Assembly: GCA_964035545.1 (NCBI GenBank)
Contig: OZ037768.1
Coordinates: 3,442,741 to 3,506,740, forward strand
DNA: 64,000 nucleotides
DNA from: Bugula neritina
Taxonomy: Eukaryota > Animalia > Bryozoa
Direction: 5' to 3'
A program made the position numbers and the translations under genes. Shown here piece after piece: positions 40,201 through 53,493 of this stretch (within the stretch, counting starts at the first letter, position 1; each line of letters starts with the position of its first letter). Below the pieces are notes generated by a model. It did no database searches. It was not told where the DNA came from and saw only the letters and a program-made list of their open reading frames with translations.

Positions 40201-41939
40201 TTGTACTAAAATCCAAATGATGGAATGAGTTCAAATTTTTGGTGAGCATAATACTATTAAGTTGTTATTCATATTGCATTTCATGTCTTTCCCTCACAAA
40301 CATGCTTCCCAATATAGCAACATAAGTTATGTAATATAAAATAAAATAAATTATTTTGTTATTATATTACATGAAACCAGTAACAAACCTTTCATGATGC
40401 CCAAGTTTTGTGACACTTCAGTAGCAACTGACTTATCAAAACATAGAATCCAAATACCATGACACGCCTCTTCCTGTTCGGCAATACTTCCTTCATCTAA
40501 GAGATCTCCGTAAAGCTTGAGACCACCATGTTCATTTATAGTGACTTTGTTCGCATCAGACACGGCTATCTTGTTCAGTCCTAAATATATACAACAAATA
40601 CTCAATATTCATTCCTAAATATATACAACTAATACTCAGCGTTAGTATTATTTTCTTTTCTTCTACAAAATTAGCAAACAAAATATATATATATGTGTAA
40701 ATAATGAGTTAAAATACATGATATTAAAAATATTTATAACTATATTCTCATAATTATGAACTTAAACTACATAATTAAACATGAATTATCACAGCAATAG
40801 TTACCATCAAGTATTTCCAGTGCATTGTAGTTATATGTAGGAGATTTATGCTCTTTTGTACTAAGACAACTTCGAAGTAAATCTATTAAAAACTCTATAA
40901 TGAAGTTGGAGGCAGCTGATTGTTTTTGCTCATCTTCTGTAAGAACATAGGCTAAAATCATCAGAGCTCTGCCTTTAATGTTTTTATTAAAAGCTCTTTT
41001 CCCACTAGCAATGGCCTGAATGACTTCAATTCCGTTACACTCTCTCATCACATCTCGAGCTTCCGGAATATACTTAACAAATTGGAAGATGATACCGAGT
41101 AGTGCCTTTAGAGTATCTTGAACTCTTTTCACTTTACTGGTGCTTCTTCTGAATGCGTCACTGCTTACTATAGCCAAAATATACTTGAAAAGCTCAGTAT
41201 ACATTTCCTGCCGATGAATTGGATTGGTTGATATAAACCATAGGGCCATCAACATGTGATACAAAGCTTCAACGCTGTTAGGATTAGCGCTTTCCCACTC
41301 TTGAAATGTTTTGATGTCCAGGGAGTCAGTAAAAAAACTTTTGAAAAGTTGAGGTAATCCTTCGTTTATAAAATCTTGTTGCGATTCAAGCCAAAATTTC
41401 TCTACCTGACAGTGTTTTCCAGAGCTCAGATATCGAAACCATCTACAAACATTAGAATGTTGTAAAATTATACCACCAACTATATACATGTGTATATATA
41501 GAGTGCCAGTGCTTGAATAACTAGTAAAATGTGCTACATATATCTAATAGCATGTAATAAACGCTAATAATATTTGTGTAAATGCTAAAGTCTTTAAGGT
41601 AAGTAGTGTCTACCTTATATCAAAAATGTATTGGGTAGGCTGTTCAACAAGCTGATTGGGATTTTGGAGAAGAAACTTCAAAGCTGTCAAAGACCTTGCT
41701 TTTCGCCAAGAATAATTTTCTTCTGTTGTTACGAAGTCTCCAAGTTTTTCTACCATCCAGTTTTCAGGTGGCGTCCATACCACAGAGTCTGATGTATTTA
41801 AATCAGTTGCAACAGTACTAGCATCTTCTATTTCTTCGTTAGTTTTTAACACAGAAACTTTTGGTTTGGCATGTGTGACTACAGGCTTGCCACTTGGTAG
41901 TCGATTTGACTTTTCTAATGTTTGAAATGGTCCACTCAT
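37238..41939 (-). CDS. ARM-repeat + TIR + C-terminal SAM-like domain protein, 9 exons, ~669 aa
   Basis: Exons 41614-41939, 40805-41442, 40389-40580, 39825-39944, 39246-39353, 38791-38892, 38308-38505, 37772-37943, 37238-37391 (sum 2010 nt, in frame). ARM-like segments: GLNKIAVSDANKVTI..EQEEACHGIWILCF and LRSAAAGCLWTV. TIR: HVMISYNW..GYRVWMDIENMSGSTLSAMSQAIEKA..SEKYKTSPACRAEAEYAYKL..IPLK..YSPDGWLGLLLG. SAM-like: WNEDEVTAWF..MNGETLVEL..LRLSASLRAL. Confidence 0.88.
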
Positions 41940-42466
41940 AATTGCTAAAATATATTAATGCATAAAATTATTATAGAGAGTATGGCATTGTTTAAATTTT
42001 TTCTAATTTTACACATAAGATAATTATCAGCAAATACTTGTAAAAATTTAAGTAAATATTCGATAATCATCATCACTTGGTATTAAAATATATGATTCTA
42101 TGATTAAATATAGTTGATGACTAAAGTAAATAGTTTCACATCTAACATATCAATAAGCTGCAGAAAAACCAGATTATCTGAAAATCATAGTTAGCAATTG
42201 TGCAAAATACAAAAACTTATGAAAACAAAGTCTAACTGCCTAGTGATAGTGCATATGGAATATTAAAATAAAGCCTGACAACTTTAAACATTTGTGATAC
42301 TTGCACTAAATAGTTTTTTATATATAAAGTTAAATAGATCTGTTTTCAAAAAAGTGGTGAAGTGTTGAATTTCAGTGTTAAACTTAAGCAGGACAATTGT
42401 AAACATAGCTATATGTGTGTACCTCATCCAAAATGGCTATATATTAATAATAATTTCTTTTGCTGG

Positions 42467-42663
42467 TGTAATCTAGTAAAACTAGCAGTGGCTAAATTTA
42501 AGTTTAACTCAATTGGTAAACAAAAAATTAAAAGTAAAAATATATTAAATTTAAGCAATTTGAATTTTATTATTTTAATTTATCACTTTAAGTTAATAAG
42601 TTAGCATCTCTATAACTATAAGTTATAAGAGTATAGCATCAACTTCAAGTTTAACTATAACAT
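42467..42663 (+). repeat. ~195-bp dispersed duplication, copy 1
   Basis: TGTAATCTAGTAAAACTAGCAGTGGCTAAATTTAAG...CAAGTTTAACTATAACAT, near-identical to 46891-47081 in the same orientation. Confidence 0.93.
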
Positions 42664-43125
42664 TAAATTTAATGTTATAAGTTACAGATAAAAAAATATT
42701 GCTTACGTTTTCAATTAGAAAGTAGCTTTAAACCTTAATTTTGATATTTTATCCCAAGCATAAGTTTAATCGTATGAACCAAGCTGTGATACTCATGGTC
42801 ATACAGTTGAAGCCAATTTACAATGAACAACACACTGCCTACAGTGTGTTAGTTTACAATTGCGCAGTTACCATTAAACATCCGGTTAATGTTTCCGTAT
42901 TGTACAAGTGCATAATAAAAGAATCTGCGCTAGTTAAAGTTAAAACAATTAGAACAATCAAAACTTTTTTAAAAGTTAAAATGAAATTAAATAAAACAAA
43001 CAACAAAATATTTAAAACTAATAATAATATAGCTATTATTATAATTATCAATATGCCGAGTCAGATCGTTGCGTAGGGAGCAGCAAGCTTACTCGAGTTG
43101 TCTTTTCTCAATATTAAAAGATTAG

Positions 43126-43147
43126 CACATGATCAGTGTCATGTGAC
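43126..43147. promoter_or_regulatory. Paired M-box/CLEAR-type E-boxes upstream of ARL8
   Basis: CACATGA (43126-43132) and GTCATGTGAC (43138-43147), ~240-260 bp before the ARL8 ATG. They match MiT/TFE sites (TCAYGTGA, CLEAR GTCACGTGAC). Confidence 0.55.
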
Positions 43148-43387
43148 TTTGATATAGTCTGTCTGTTCTGTCGACAATTTTGATAATTCAAGAACTTCCA
43201 TAATTGTAGTGAAAGCGAGTGCTGTGTCCGTAGAGAAAAACCTGTTCTCTTTTTGCATGTGAACTAAAACTAGCACATATAGTATCCTATAACTCTATAA
43301 GCAGCAATTGAGGGAAGCAGGTCACCTTGTAATTAAATTTAATTGCTTTCTATTATATTTTATTCAAGTGTGTCACAACGCGTCAAA

Positions 43388-46300
43388 ATGTTGAAGCTAG
43401 TTACTAGATTTCTAGATTGGATCAAAAGCTTGTTTTGGAAAGAAGAAATGGAGCTAACACTTGTTGGTCTTCAGTATTCTGGCAAGACAACATTTGTTAG
43501 TGTAATAGCTGTAAGTATAAAATGCATTTTGTATTTTTAACGTTAGCCTAAGGCTAATACTAATAGTAATACTAATACTAATAGTTAGGGCAACACTAAA
43601 TTACTGACTAAACTGACTAAAGTCTAACACAGTAACAGTAAGAGTAAGTGTAACAGTAACACTAACAGTATGAGTAACTGTAACAGTAACTACTAAGACT
43701 TAGAGTAAGACTAAGAGTAAGGTAGTTGGAGTCTCTAAGTCTATCTCAAGACTCAGAAGTCAAAGTGAGTTAAAGCTCAAACTAATGGTAATAGTGATAG
43801 TCCTGGTGATAGGGAGATAAGGATACCCATACTAATATTGATGTTATAGTTATAGACTCATACTAAGTCTAATAGACCATAGTGATAGTGAATGTGATAG
43901 TCAATGGGGGTAGCAAGTGTAATTTAAAACTATAAGATAGAGATTTACAACTGTTTGATATTGTGTGAATTGCTCATTTTTTTCACATTGCAGTGCTATT
44001 TTGACCTGTACTATAACTATGAAAGTGACTATGACTATCAGAATAATAATGACTAATAGTAATAATGATTGTGAGAAGCAGGCTGACTCAGTGTGATTAT
44101 CATGATGATTATTACGAATAATACCACCAATATTAATAGTTAATGTGAATAGTATGAATTAGGTGCATGTGATAAACAGTACTTTAATTAAACAGCTTAT
44201 ACCTCTGAATATGGAGTATAGATACTTGAAGGCAAATGAAGCACTAGATGAAAACTTAAACTATAACTGTTTTTATTGTATGTAATATTTACCCTTAGTT
44301 TAAATAATGCTCTCAAGTTAAGTTTAAAGAAAAGTAAATTAGGTCAATGGCTAAAACTGTGTACTAGAAAAAATTTTTTAATAAGATATTAGTATTTTTA
44401 GTATTTTTATATCATTACGTGATTGTCATTGGCTTTTGCTGTCTGCCTTCCAACATTAAGTGAAATCACCCCATACCTTCCACCACCACCACCCCTGTTA
44501 CGTTGTGACTTAAAAGTATCCATTTATTGACTACTGAAGGACAGCTTTAAATGCACCAGTAATTCTGTTTTATTCATTACAAAGAGTTTTATCTACTCTC
44601 TATTTATTTCTGAATAAAACAAATGTTTCTGGCTTATAGGATAAAATACTTCTTTTTGTTTAGATTTTTTTATTTTATGGGAATTTATCAGGTGATGTTT
44701 AGTAACTCTAATTCACCCAGCTAGTGCCAACTTCATTATTCATAGATTGGCTATTATTAAATAGCCTTTCCGAAGTTGTATTTCCTCATAGCTTCAACTG
44801 ATAATTATAATAGTATATCAAAACACTGAGCTATAATTTTTCAATAAAAGCAAAAACATGTAAAAAAGAGTGCTGTAGATATGAAGCTCTAGTCTGTGTT
44901 CCCCTCCTCCCCCCCCCACCCCTACTTGCACTACATCGGAAAGGAGAAAAATCTAAAATCAGTTGAAAATTTTCGAATATAAACAATAATCTTGCTTCTT
45001 GTATCTGAAGTTGGATTCTGTAAGCACCAGACTAAAATTTTGTCAATGAATACATTATTTTGAGTTGTGAACTTTTATTAGATATGCGAGACATATATGA
45101 TATGTAAACAAAATTGATTTGTTTACAGTCTGGTGAGTTTACAGAAGACATGATACCTACAGTAGGTTTTAACATGAGGAAAGTAACAAAGGGCAATGTC
45201 ACTATCAAGGTGGGTAGACTAGCATTATGTTATCTCTTCTATGCCACTCATATAAGATAATAATGTTATTTGATAGTAGACTACAACAACTAGAACTGCA
45301 ACTTCCTATAATGTATAACCCTTTCTCTTCCACCTTCTAGTTGTTTTGCGTTTGACTTATTCTATAAATGGAATAGCAATTTTTTTCAAAATTATGTGCT
45401 ATTACCTCATATATGATATGCTGTATGTAGTTATATCAATGATAGCTTTTAATTTTCATAAAAATTATACAGTCAAATATAACTAATTATTCTGTAGAAA
45501 TGTTACAACAGGAAAATAATACGATTGAATTTTACCAAACTTTTAAACCAATAAATTTGCCAACCAAATGAGCGCTATTGTTTAGCTAAGATAGTTACTT
45601 GTTCTGTTCCATTACTTAGTGCAAAAGTTTACACATAATCTTATTGCATACCTTTCTGTGTGGTTTGTTGACAGGTTTGGGATATTGGTGGCCAACCCAG
45701 GTTCCGTAGCATGTGGGAGAGATATTGTAGGGGTGTTAATGCTATTGTGTAAGTATTGACCATTATGTTTGTGCTCCCTCCATAACTCACGGATCACTTT
45801 CTCACAAAGTTACATAGGTCATGAGAAGGGCTTGGGCCCTGTTTTGTGGTCCATGTATATGTATATAGCAACGTAATGGCTGAATATAACGAATTAGTAA
45901 GTTAAATTTAACATTCCACAGATTGAGGTTTTTGACCGGTAGCTTAGTGAGATACGGAGGGAGCACTGAATAGTATTATAAAGTAATTCTCAAGTAGTGT
46001 AAGTTATTACTAGTCAGAAGTTCTCCATGCCTTTTAGGCTGTTTTCCAGTTTTATTGTCAACAAATGCCTTACTTTTCCTTTTTTTATGTCCTGAAAGTT
46101 CACTCCTACACTCTTATGCATACCTGTTTAAAATATAATTATACAAAGATACTAGCTGTAAATAATTGCAAGGGAATTTAAGAGAAGCTAAAATTGTTCA
46201 CTTCAGTTTCTACTAGAGACTTCTTGAAAAGTGTCTGAACAAATTGAATTTTACTAATTTTGATATTTCTGTTGTTACTAAGCAAGATAGAAGAATGTAA

Positions 46301-49177
46301 AATATGCAGCTGAGGTTTTCTACTGAATTTTCAAAAAAACATGGGGTGATGTTTATAGAGTCTATCACATCATCTGTCACCAGTATACTACTTCTTCACC
46401 CCATCCAGTCTTGAAGTCATACCACTTCCTGCTAGATGTGTTGAGCAACTTTTTGCTGCCAAATTTTACAATATCATTCAGATGTTGAGGTCCCAGAGTT
46501 TCTCAATAGTTTTATGAGTAGATAACCAGACTCATTGGTGGATACTTTATTTATCAGCTCACTTCAGTTGTAACTCATTCTCAGTAGTAACTTACTCTCA
46601 GTATTAACTCACCCTCAGTATTAACTATTAATTCACTCTCACTATGACCCGCTATCAGTATTAACTCACTCTCACTATGACTCACTCTCGGTATTAACTC
46701 TCAGTTTTCACTCACTCTCACTATGACTCGCTCTCGGTATTGACCCCTCACAAAATGATTAATTTATCACCTACTTTGTTGTGATCATATATAATATGCA
46801 ATAATTTAATGCTTTGTCGATTGTTTTATTCTTTTGTTAGCACTTGATGTGTTACATAGCTAGATAATTCTTATAAATTGTCATTTTGACTGTAATCTAG
46901 TAAAATTAGCAGTGGCTAAATTTAAGTTTAACTCAATTGGTAAACAAAAAAATTAAAACTAAAAATATATTAAATTTAAGCAATTTGAATTTTATTATTT
47001 TAATTGATCACTTTAAGTTTACAAGTTAGCATCTCTAAGTCTATAAGAGTATAGCATCAACTTCAAGTTTAACTATAACATAAACATTAATTAGCCATAT
47101 TAGAAAGACTTGTACTGTGCCTTGTACTTAGTGGTGCCTGGAAGAGTGTTTCTGTTACATTAGAAAGTCATTTACTGGTTGGCCAGCGTATTGCCAGCAT
47201 GTTATGACACAAAGTCCACAGTCACTACAGGCTCCTCAGCAACAGTTTTCTATTGCTATAACCTGAGTTCTCTGTGATACATCCATACTGAAGGGTGGTA
47301 CAGGCAGCCCACCGCACTTCTGTACCCAGAAAATTTTCCTTTATAGGTACATGGTAGACGCTGCAGACTCAGACAAAGTGGAAGCTTCTAAGACTGAGTT
47401 ACACAGTCTGTTAGATAAGCCTCAGCTTCACGGCATTCCTGTGTTGGTGCTGGGCAACAAGCGGGACCTACCAGGCGCACTGGATGAGAAGGAGCTTATT
47501 GAGAGAATGTACGTATTGTCAGAGTAGTTGTGTGCTCCTGTAGTTGAATGTAGTGCTACTATTACTAGCAGGTATGTTGATAGTAGTACTAGTACTGGTA
47601 GTCATGGTGATATAAGTGATCTTACTATTGAATATGCTTAAACTAGTAATAAGACTCTGCATTTGTCTTTTCACGCATTTATTGCTGGTACTTAAGCTAA
47701 CACTGCTGAGATTATTATGTTCTCAGTCTATCAAAAGGTTAAAAGTTGGAAAGGTGTATGTGGTAACCAATTAATAACACCTTTTGATTTAAAATACAAC
47801 AGTTTTCATGCCTATAAAATAATAATTTGAAATCTCAATGCTTGCAGATATAAATAGTACTTATTTTATTTCTAAAAATAAGTTTTCAGAAAAAGCAAGT
47901 CTCACACTGTTACATGTAGATTAAAATTTTTTCTTTTTCTGTGGCCAGAGTAATGATTCCTTACAAGGGGCAATAGATTCAGTGAATTATAGCCTGTGAC
48001 CTATAAATTAGTAGTGATGTGTAATCTGCTCACATGAGCTGAACTAAAATAGCCACCAATTGAGCCAACAGCATACGCAGTGAATCATTGATTCTGTTAT
48101 CTAATCCAATTAATCATCTCGCTCTCAGCAGGATGACTCAAAGGGTGAAGGTCAATTTCCTATTGCTTGTATTTTCATGTATAGTGGTATTCCCAGAGTG
48201 ATGTAGGGAGAAGTTTTGAGAGTCTGTTGATGTTATATTGTATAAAGCCAGTTTTTTATAAGGCTTTTTTCAATATTTGAACGGCAAAGAATGTAAAAAT
48301 ACAAAACTTAAATTAGAATACAATCTCTGTTGATATATCAAAAGTTTCCTAAACAATTTGTTTTAAGTTGAGCTGGTAAACTGAATCGATCAAAACTTGT
48401 TGGTATCAAGTACTATACAATGAAATATCCACTTTAATTTAGGGTGTCCCCAAGTTTTGTAACATGCTGGTGTTTTATGGGTCACTCTGAGTTAAACGTT
48501 ATAATATTTAAAATAGTTTCTGCTGGTTTATATGTGTATGTAACTATATATATATATATAATTTCAGCTTACAGTTATAGTATTTTAGTAGTTTAACATT
48601 ACAATTTTATTGAAAATTTAACGTAAATATATCTTATCCTGTAGGAGAGTAAGTACTATAGACATAGTAATGTTACAGAAAGCCACTTCACTTCTGTGCG
48701 GGAGATTAAAATATTTCTAGCATAACATCTACTTCATAGCTTTGGTACCTCCAAGTTAATCAGGATACTAGTTACATTGCTCCACTCAGCAATCCGAGTG
48801 TCTCTCTTATTGTGAACTTCAGTGCACATGTACCCCTAGTGACTGTATTTTGTAAAACATTCTCTACATTATAATATTTCATATTTCACATTTTCATTGT
48901 AGGAGCCTTGAGTCAATCAAAGATAGAGAGATTTGTTGTTACTCTATATCTTGCAAAGAAAAAGATAACATTGGTATGTAGTAAAGGTTTTTATAGTTAT
49001 TATCTATTGTTGCGTAGCTATATCTTGCGATTTTATTTCTGCAATTGATCATTGTGGTGAAGCTTGGACCGGTCACATGTGCAAAGTTAATTTTTGCAGG
49101 TTAGATTTTACAAACTCCTGTGTGTTTCAGATATCACTCTGCAATGGCTAATAGCTCATTCCAAATCTGGCAAGTGA
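43388..49177 (+). CDS. ARL8: ADP-ribosylation factor-like GTPase 8 (lysosomal), 6 exons, 185 aa
   Basis: Exons 43388-43510, 45129-45209, 45675-45748, 47347-47508, 48903-48973, 49131-49177 (558 nt). Translation has diagnostic ARL8 motifs: [94 protein letters not shown]. Confidence 0.98.
46575..46745. repeat. Degenerate tandem repeat in ARL8 intron 3
   Basis: Recurrent TCAGTATTAACTCACTCTC / ACTATGACTC units. Confidence 0.8.
46891..47081 (+). repeat. ~190-bp dispersed duplication, copy 2 (ARL8 intron 3)
   Basis: Direct copy of 42467-42663 with a few substitutions and small indels. Confidence 0.93.
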
Positions 49178-50136
49178 ACAGGAAGTCCCATCTTGAAAAC
49201 TTAATTGGATAGTACAGGAATCATTCCCAGTAACACAGTGAACCATTTCAACAACTTTGGAGAATACTTAATAGCAATATGTCCGCAGGTCTGACGTGAG
49301 CATAGATAACTCCCTGTGACTCTGGAACTAGATTTGTAGATTTGTTGTTGCTACCCCATTGTTGTTATTTGATAATTCATGAAGCTGGTCAAATTGATAC
49401 CAGTCTTATGTGAATGTTCTTTCAGCCATGTTGCATTATTTAGTAAGCTATGCTATTTACTTGTTTACTCAAATTTATTATATTATTCCTATAGCACATT
49501 TATTTTGGTTATATTTATTTCAATTGTTTGTAACCAGTGTTGTCTAAATGTTACATTAGCAATAGAACAAAATATTTATTAAAACTGGACTCAATGAAAT
49601 CACATTGACTGATGAGAATTTCCAACAGTATGATTTACTTATAAATTATGTTCAACAAAAATAATAAGGCAATTTGTTACTAAAATAAACCCCAAGAACT
49701 CCTAGGCTACTTTGCAATAATATAAGTAGCATGAAAAGGATAGGTAAACCTGAAAACATAAAAAATATACAAATTTATTAAAATGTGTATATTATGGGTA
49801 AATGCTTATGAACAATTAGAATAAGTATAATACATTGTGCAATATTTTCAAATGAAGTATTAAATATTATGCACTGGGGCAATACTAGAAGCAGGTTGAC
49901 TAAATATCATGTAGCTGAAGCAGACAATGTAGTGAATGTATGGTTTGGTAAGCCATACCAGTAGAATAAACTTATATTACACAATTATTCTGAACTATTT
50001 GCATAATTTATATATACAGCTTGCCATTGAATCATGGCTATTTGTTAAGGAAAGTGGTGAACACAATGAGAAAAATGAAAATAAAGAGGGATTGGCATGA
50101 AGCACCAGTTTTTTGAGATTGATGAAAAGTATTTGA

Positions 50137-51989
50137 TCAACTACCACAGCAATTCAATTTATTTGGTAGTGGCTTGGAACTTCCTATAGAGATACCGCCA
50201 GCATCAGCCATTGTGTTGTCGCCTATCTGCCTCTTCAATGCCTTTACAAATATATATAATACAATATAAGCTGAATAAAATGAATACAATGCTCCCTTAC
50301 GTAATTCCATAGGTCAAGGAAAGGCTTGGACCCCACTTTGTGACTAATGTACATTATGTGTGTATAGGGACAAAATGGTCCAATTTAAAGGCTCACAAGT
50401 TAAATTTGGTATTCTACCATGTCATAATAATATATAAAAAATTGTAAGAAACATCAAAACTATATACCAATAATTTATAGTATAAATTTGAAGCCTAAAA
50501 GACATCCACTAAGGTGCATCCTTGTCAATGTTGCTATTACTTGGAACATGTGACTATCAAATTAAATCATTTCACCCACCTTGGCCAATTCCACAAATGC
50601 ATCATCAACATTAGTGTTGTCTTTAGCACTAGTTTCCAAAAACTGCACAGCATCTAATGTATCCGCCATCTTCTTTCCATCTTCCCATGCTACTTTACGA
50701 ATGTTTTCAAGATCTCTTTTATTCCCTGGATCAGAGTAGAGCAATCACCAGTAGTAAGGCATTTAGAGAGTTGGTTCAAGATACACCAAATTGGCAAATA
50801 ACATAACAAAGTCACTGTTAAGTTTGAACCAGACAATTCCAACAGATATAGAAAGAGTACGTAAAGTATCTTCCATGTTGTTGTAAGAGCATAACTTTAT
50901 GCACTCCACACTGCATCCACATTAAAAACATCAAAATAGTGGTAGCAATAGAAACTCTAACAAATGAGGGCAACAGAAAAGATTAAGAAACATGCGTAAA
51001 GATGCTTTATATTCACCTATGAGTAAAATCAGGGCATCATCACCAGCATATTTTCGAACATCATCATACCACCTGGGTAAGGCAGCAAATGTGTCGTGCT
51101 GTGTGATATCATATGCAAGGATAACGCCATTTGCACTTCTGTAATAGCTTTGAGTTATTGTTCGAAATCTTTCTTGACCAGCAGTGTCCCAAATTTGTAA
51201 CTAAATTCAAAAAGTTACAGTAAAAATTATATATGCACTGATTTTTAAATTTTGTTTACCTTAGAATTTTCATATATGAGCAAAGTTCCTGTCAATAATT
51301 CTCAAAACTTGGGTCATAAAATGTATTTTGCTTAGTATAGTAACACTACACAGTTTATTATTCATTGCCGATAAATTAACAATGATCAACGGTAGTTGAA
51401 AATTGTCTCAGATTAAATAAAGCTAAATAGGGAAATATGCTAAGCCTAAAAGTAATATGTTTCAAATCAAAATATGGTTGAACATACATACGCCTGAGAC
51501 CATTACATATTAAATTTAAATTATAATCATAATGATACAAATAATAATGATATTAACTAAAACTTGACTTAGGTAAATACCAAAATTTAAGTAGTTTACT
51601 CATCACAATTGAATTAACGAATTATAACAATAATTGCAAACATTAATCATTTATTTGATTACTATTTATTCAATTTCATTATATAATTTAATTTATCTAA
51701 ATTTGTAAGTGTTACTATAAATACAATAATCATGATGATAGATGATAATCTCAATCAACTCTACATTTTATTCATATTCATATTGAGATTAACTTTAAAG
51801 TCAAAATACCTTAACTCTTTTGTTGTCTAATGTTAAAGTTTTCATGCTGAAATCGACACCAATAGTGCTGCTATTTTTCTCCAAGAAAGTACCATTTTTA
51901 AATCTTTGAACTATACAAGTTTTTCCAACTCCGGCCTCGCCAATTAAAACTATTTTAAAAAGATAATCGTAAGCTTCTTCTCCTTCCAT
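50137..51989 (-). CDS. RAB43: Rab GTPase of the RAB43/RAB19 subfamily, 4 exons, 204 aa
   Basis: Exons 51810-51989, 51017-51200, 50580-50725, 50137-50241 (615 nt). Motifs: [68 protein letters not shown], and a C-terminal CCGS prenylation motif. Closest recalled match is RAB43; RAB19 and RAB30 are near relatives. Confidence 0.9.
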
Positions 51990-52840
51990 TTGACTTTGTC
52001 TTTAATTTGATATTGTAAAATTTGTAAATTTGTTGATAAGCAATCGATCAGCAAACTGTATAGAAATAGAAGGCTGAAATCTAGATAAAAGCAATACGAA
52101 GTTACAATTATTTAAATTCTCAAAAAATCTTAGCGACAAGTAGACGAAATAGGTATTGCTATAACTATTAGTACCACTTTTAGTACAACTACAAAGTTCC
52201 ACAATTTAGCAACAGGAAATGATAAGTTGTTAGCGCAGTTTCTCACTGATGCGCCACCAAAAAATAGCTTACGTGATACTCGAAGATCAATATTTGTTAA
52301 GAGAAAACAACTCTTTTTTGTACACCATGTTTTATTTCCACTAACCATTACTTTATAAGCAGTAAGCCCTCCTTTCTTTTATCTAATTATCAGATGAAAA
52401 TTGCCAAATTCATTAATTATATGCTTTAATTACAATACATATTTTTCACAATTTTTCATTAGTCAGCAAGTGTTCTTACACAATTTACAAATTTAAAGGC
52501 ATGAAATGTAAGCTGTTTACTAGTATGCTATGCCCATGCTCAACTCTATAACCCATCATGTATGTAAGCTAAAAAACCTATCATGATTTAAATATTGATG
52601 TGTGTGCAAACTGCTTTTGTGCAAAAATAAATTTCTGCATATTTTACTAGATGTTCAAAAAAGATTGTTTATATATAAAGAGTATGCGGGTATATCAAAG
52701 TCTATCATCCGTTGCATTTATATATAGATGATTTGATCATGTAAACAGTAGGCTATTATAAATTTAAATTGAATGCTGTAAATAAAAAGTAGATGGCTGT
52801 TTTTATCCCAATATATTAGTAAAATATGGTACCGCTATAT

Positions 52841-53446
52841 GTTGTTGTTGTTGTTTTCTTTATTTCCATCAAAAAAAAAAAAAAACAAAAGGACAAAAAA
52901 ATACAAATATACAACAGTAACACAAAAAGAGCTAAATTCAATTTATATATAATATCAAGATGGGGGCCCATGTGCTCAGTAGCATAGCTATTCAAGGAGC
53001 GGGGCCCAAGTGGCAGTTGAAAAAATAGTGGGAACTATTTATTTAGATTAAGTTAAAGATTTTAGTAGGTGCTTTTTCAACAATATTTTAAATGTGGCAA
53101 AGCTTTGATGATGTCTTAAAGTCAGAGGTAGTTTATTCCAATTGCTAGACATCTGGTAGGACACTTGACGATGACCTGCTGCGGAGGTAGAGAGAGGTAA
53201 GGGTAAGGAAAGTTCAGAATGTCTGGTGAGGTAAGTTAGTGGTTGTTTGGTGTGAGATGGAGTATAATAAGCTGAATGACCAAGAAGACATAGGCGGTAG
53301 ATATACAAGAGATCAATAGGAAGAATTTCGACTCTAGTGAGAGGGCTTCTTCTTGTAGTTATGCATGGTATCCTTCCATTCCACAAGTTAGACTCATGCA
53401 TTATATAGGATATAATAGATGAGGGTTCAATCATAGATGAAGTCAT
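52841..53446 (-). mobile_element. 5'-truncated non-LTR retrotransposon (CR1/L2/Jockey-group LINE 3' end)
   Basis: ORF 53048-53446 ends ILPIDLLYIY..YLTRH..LP..GHRQVSYQMSSNWNKLPLTLR..SFATFKILLKKHLL, the typical post-RT C-terminus of ORF2. It is followed by a 3' UTR with a GGGCC...GGCCC-closed stem-loop, AATAAA and a (CAA)n tail ending at 52841. Confidence 0.8.
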
Positions 53447-53493
53447 ATTAGAAAATTAATTTTGAGTGCATCTCACTAAATATAGCATGACTA

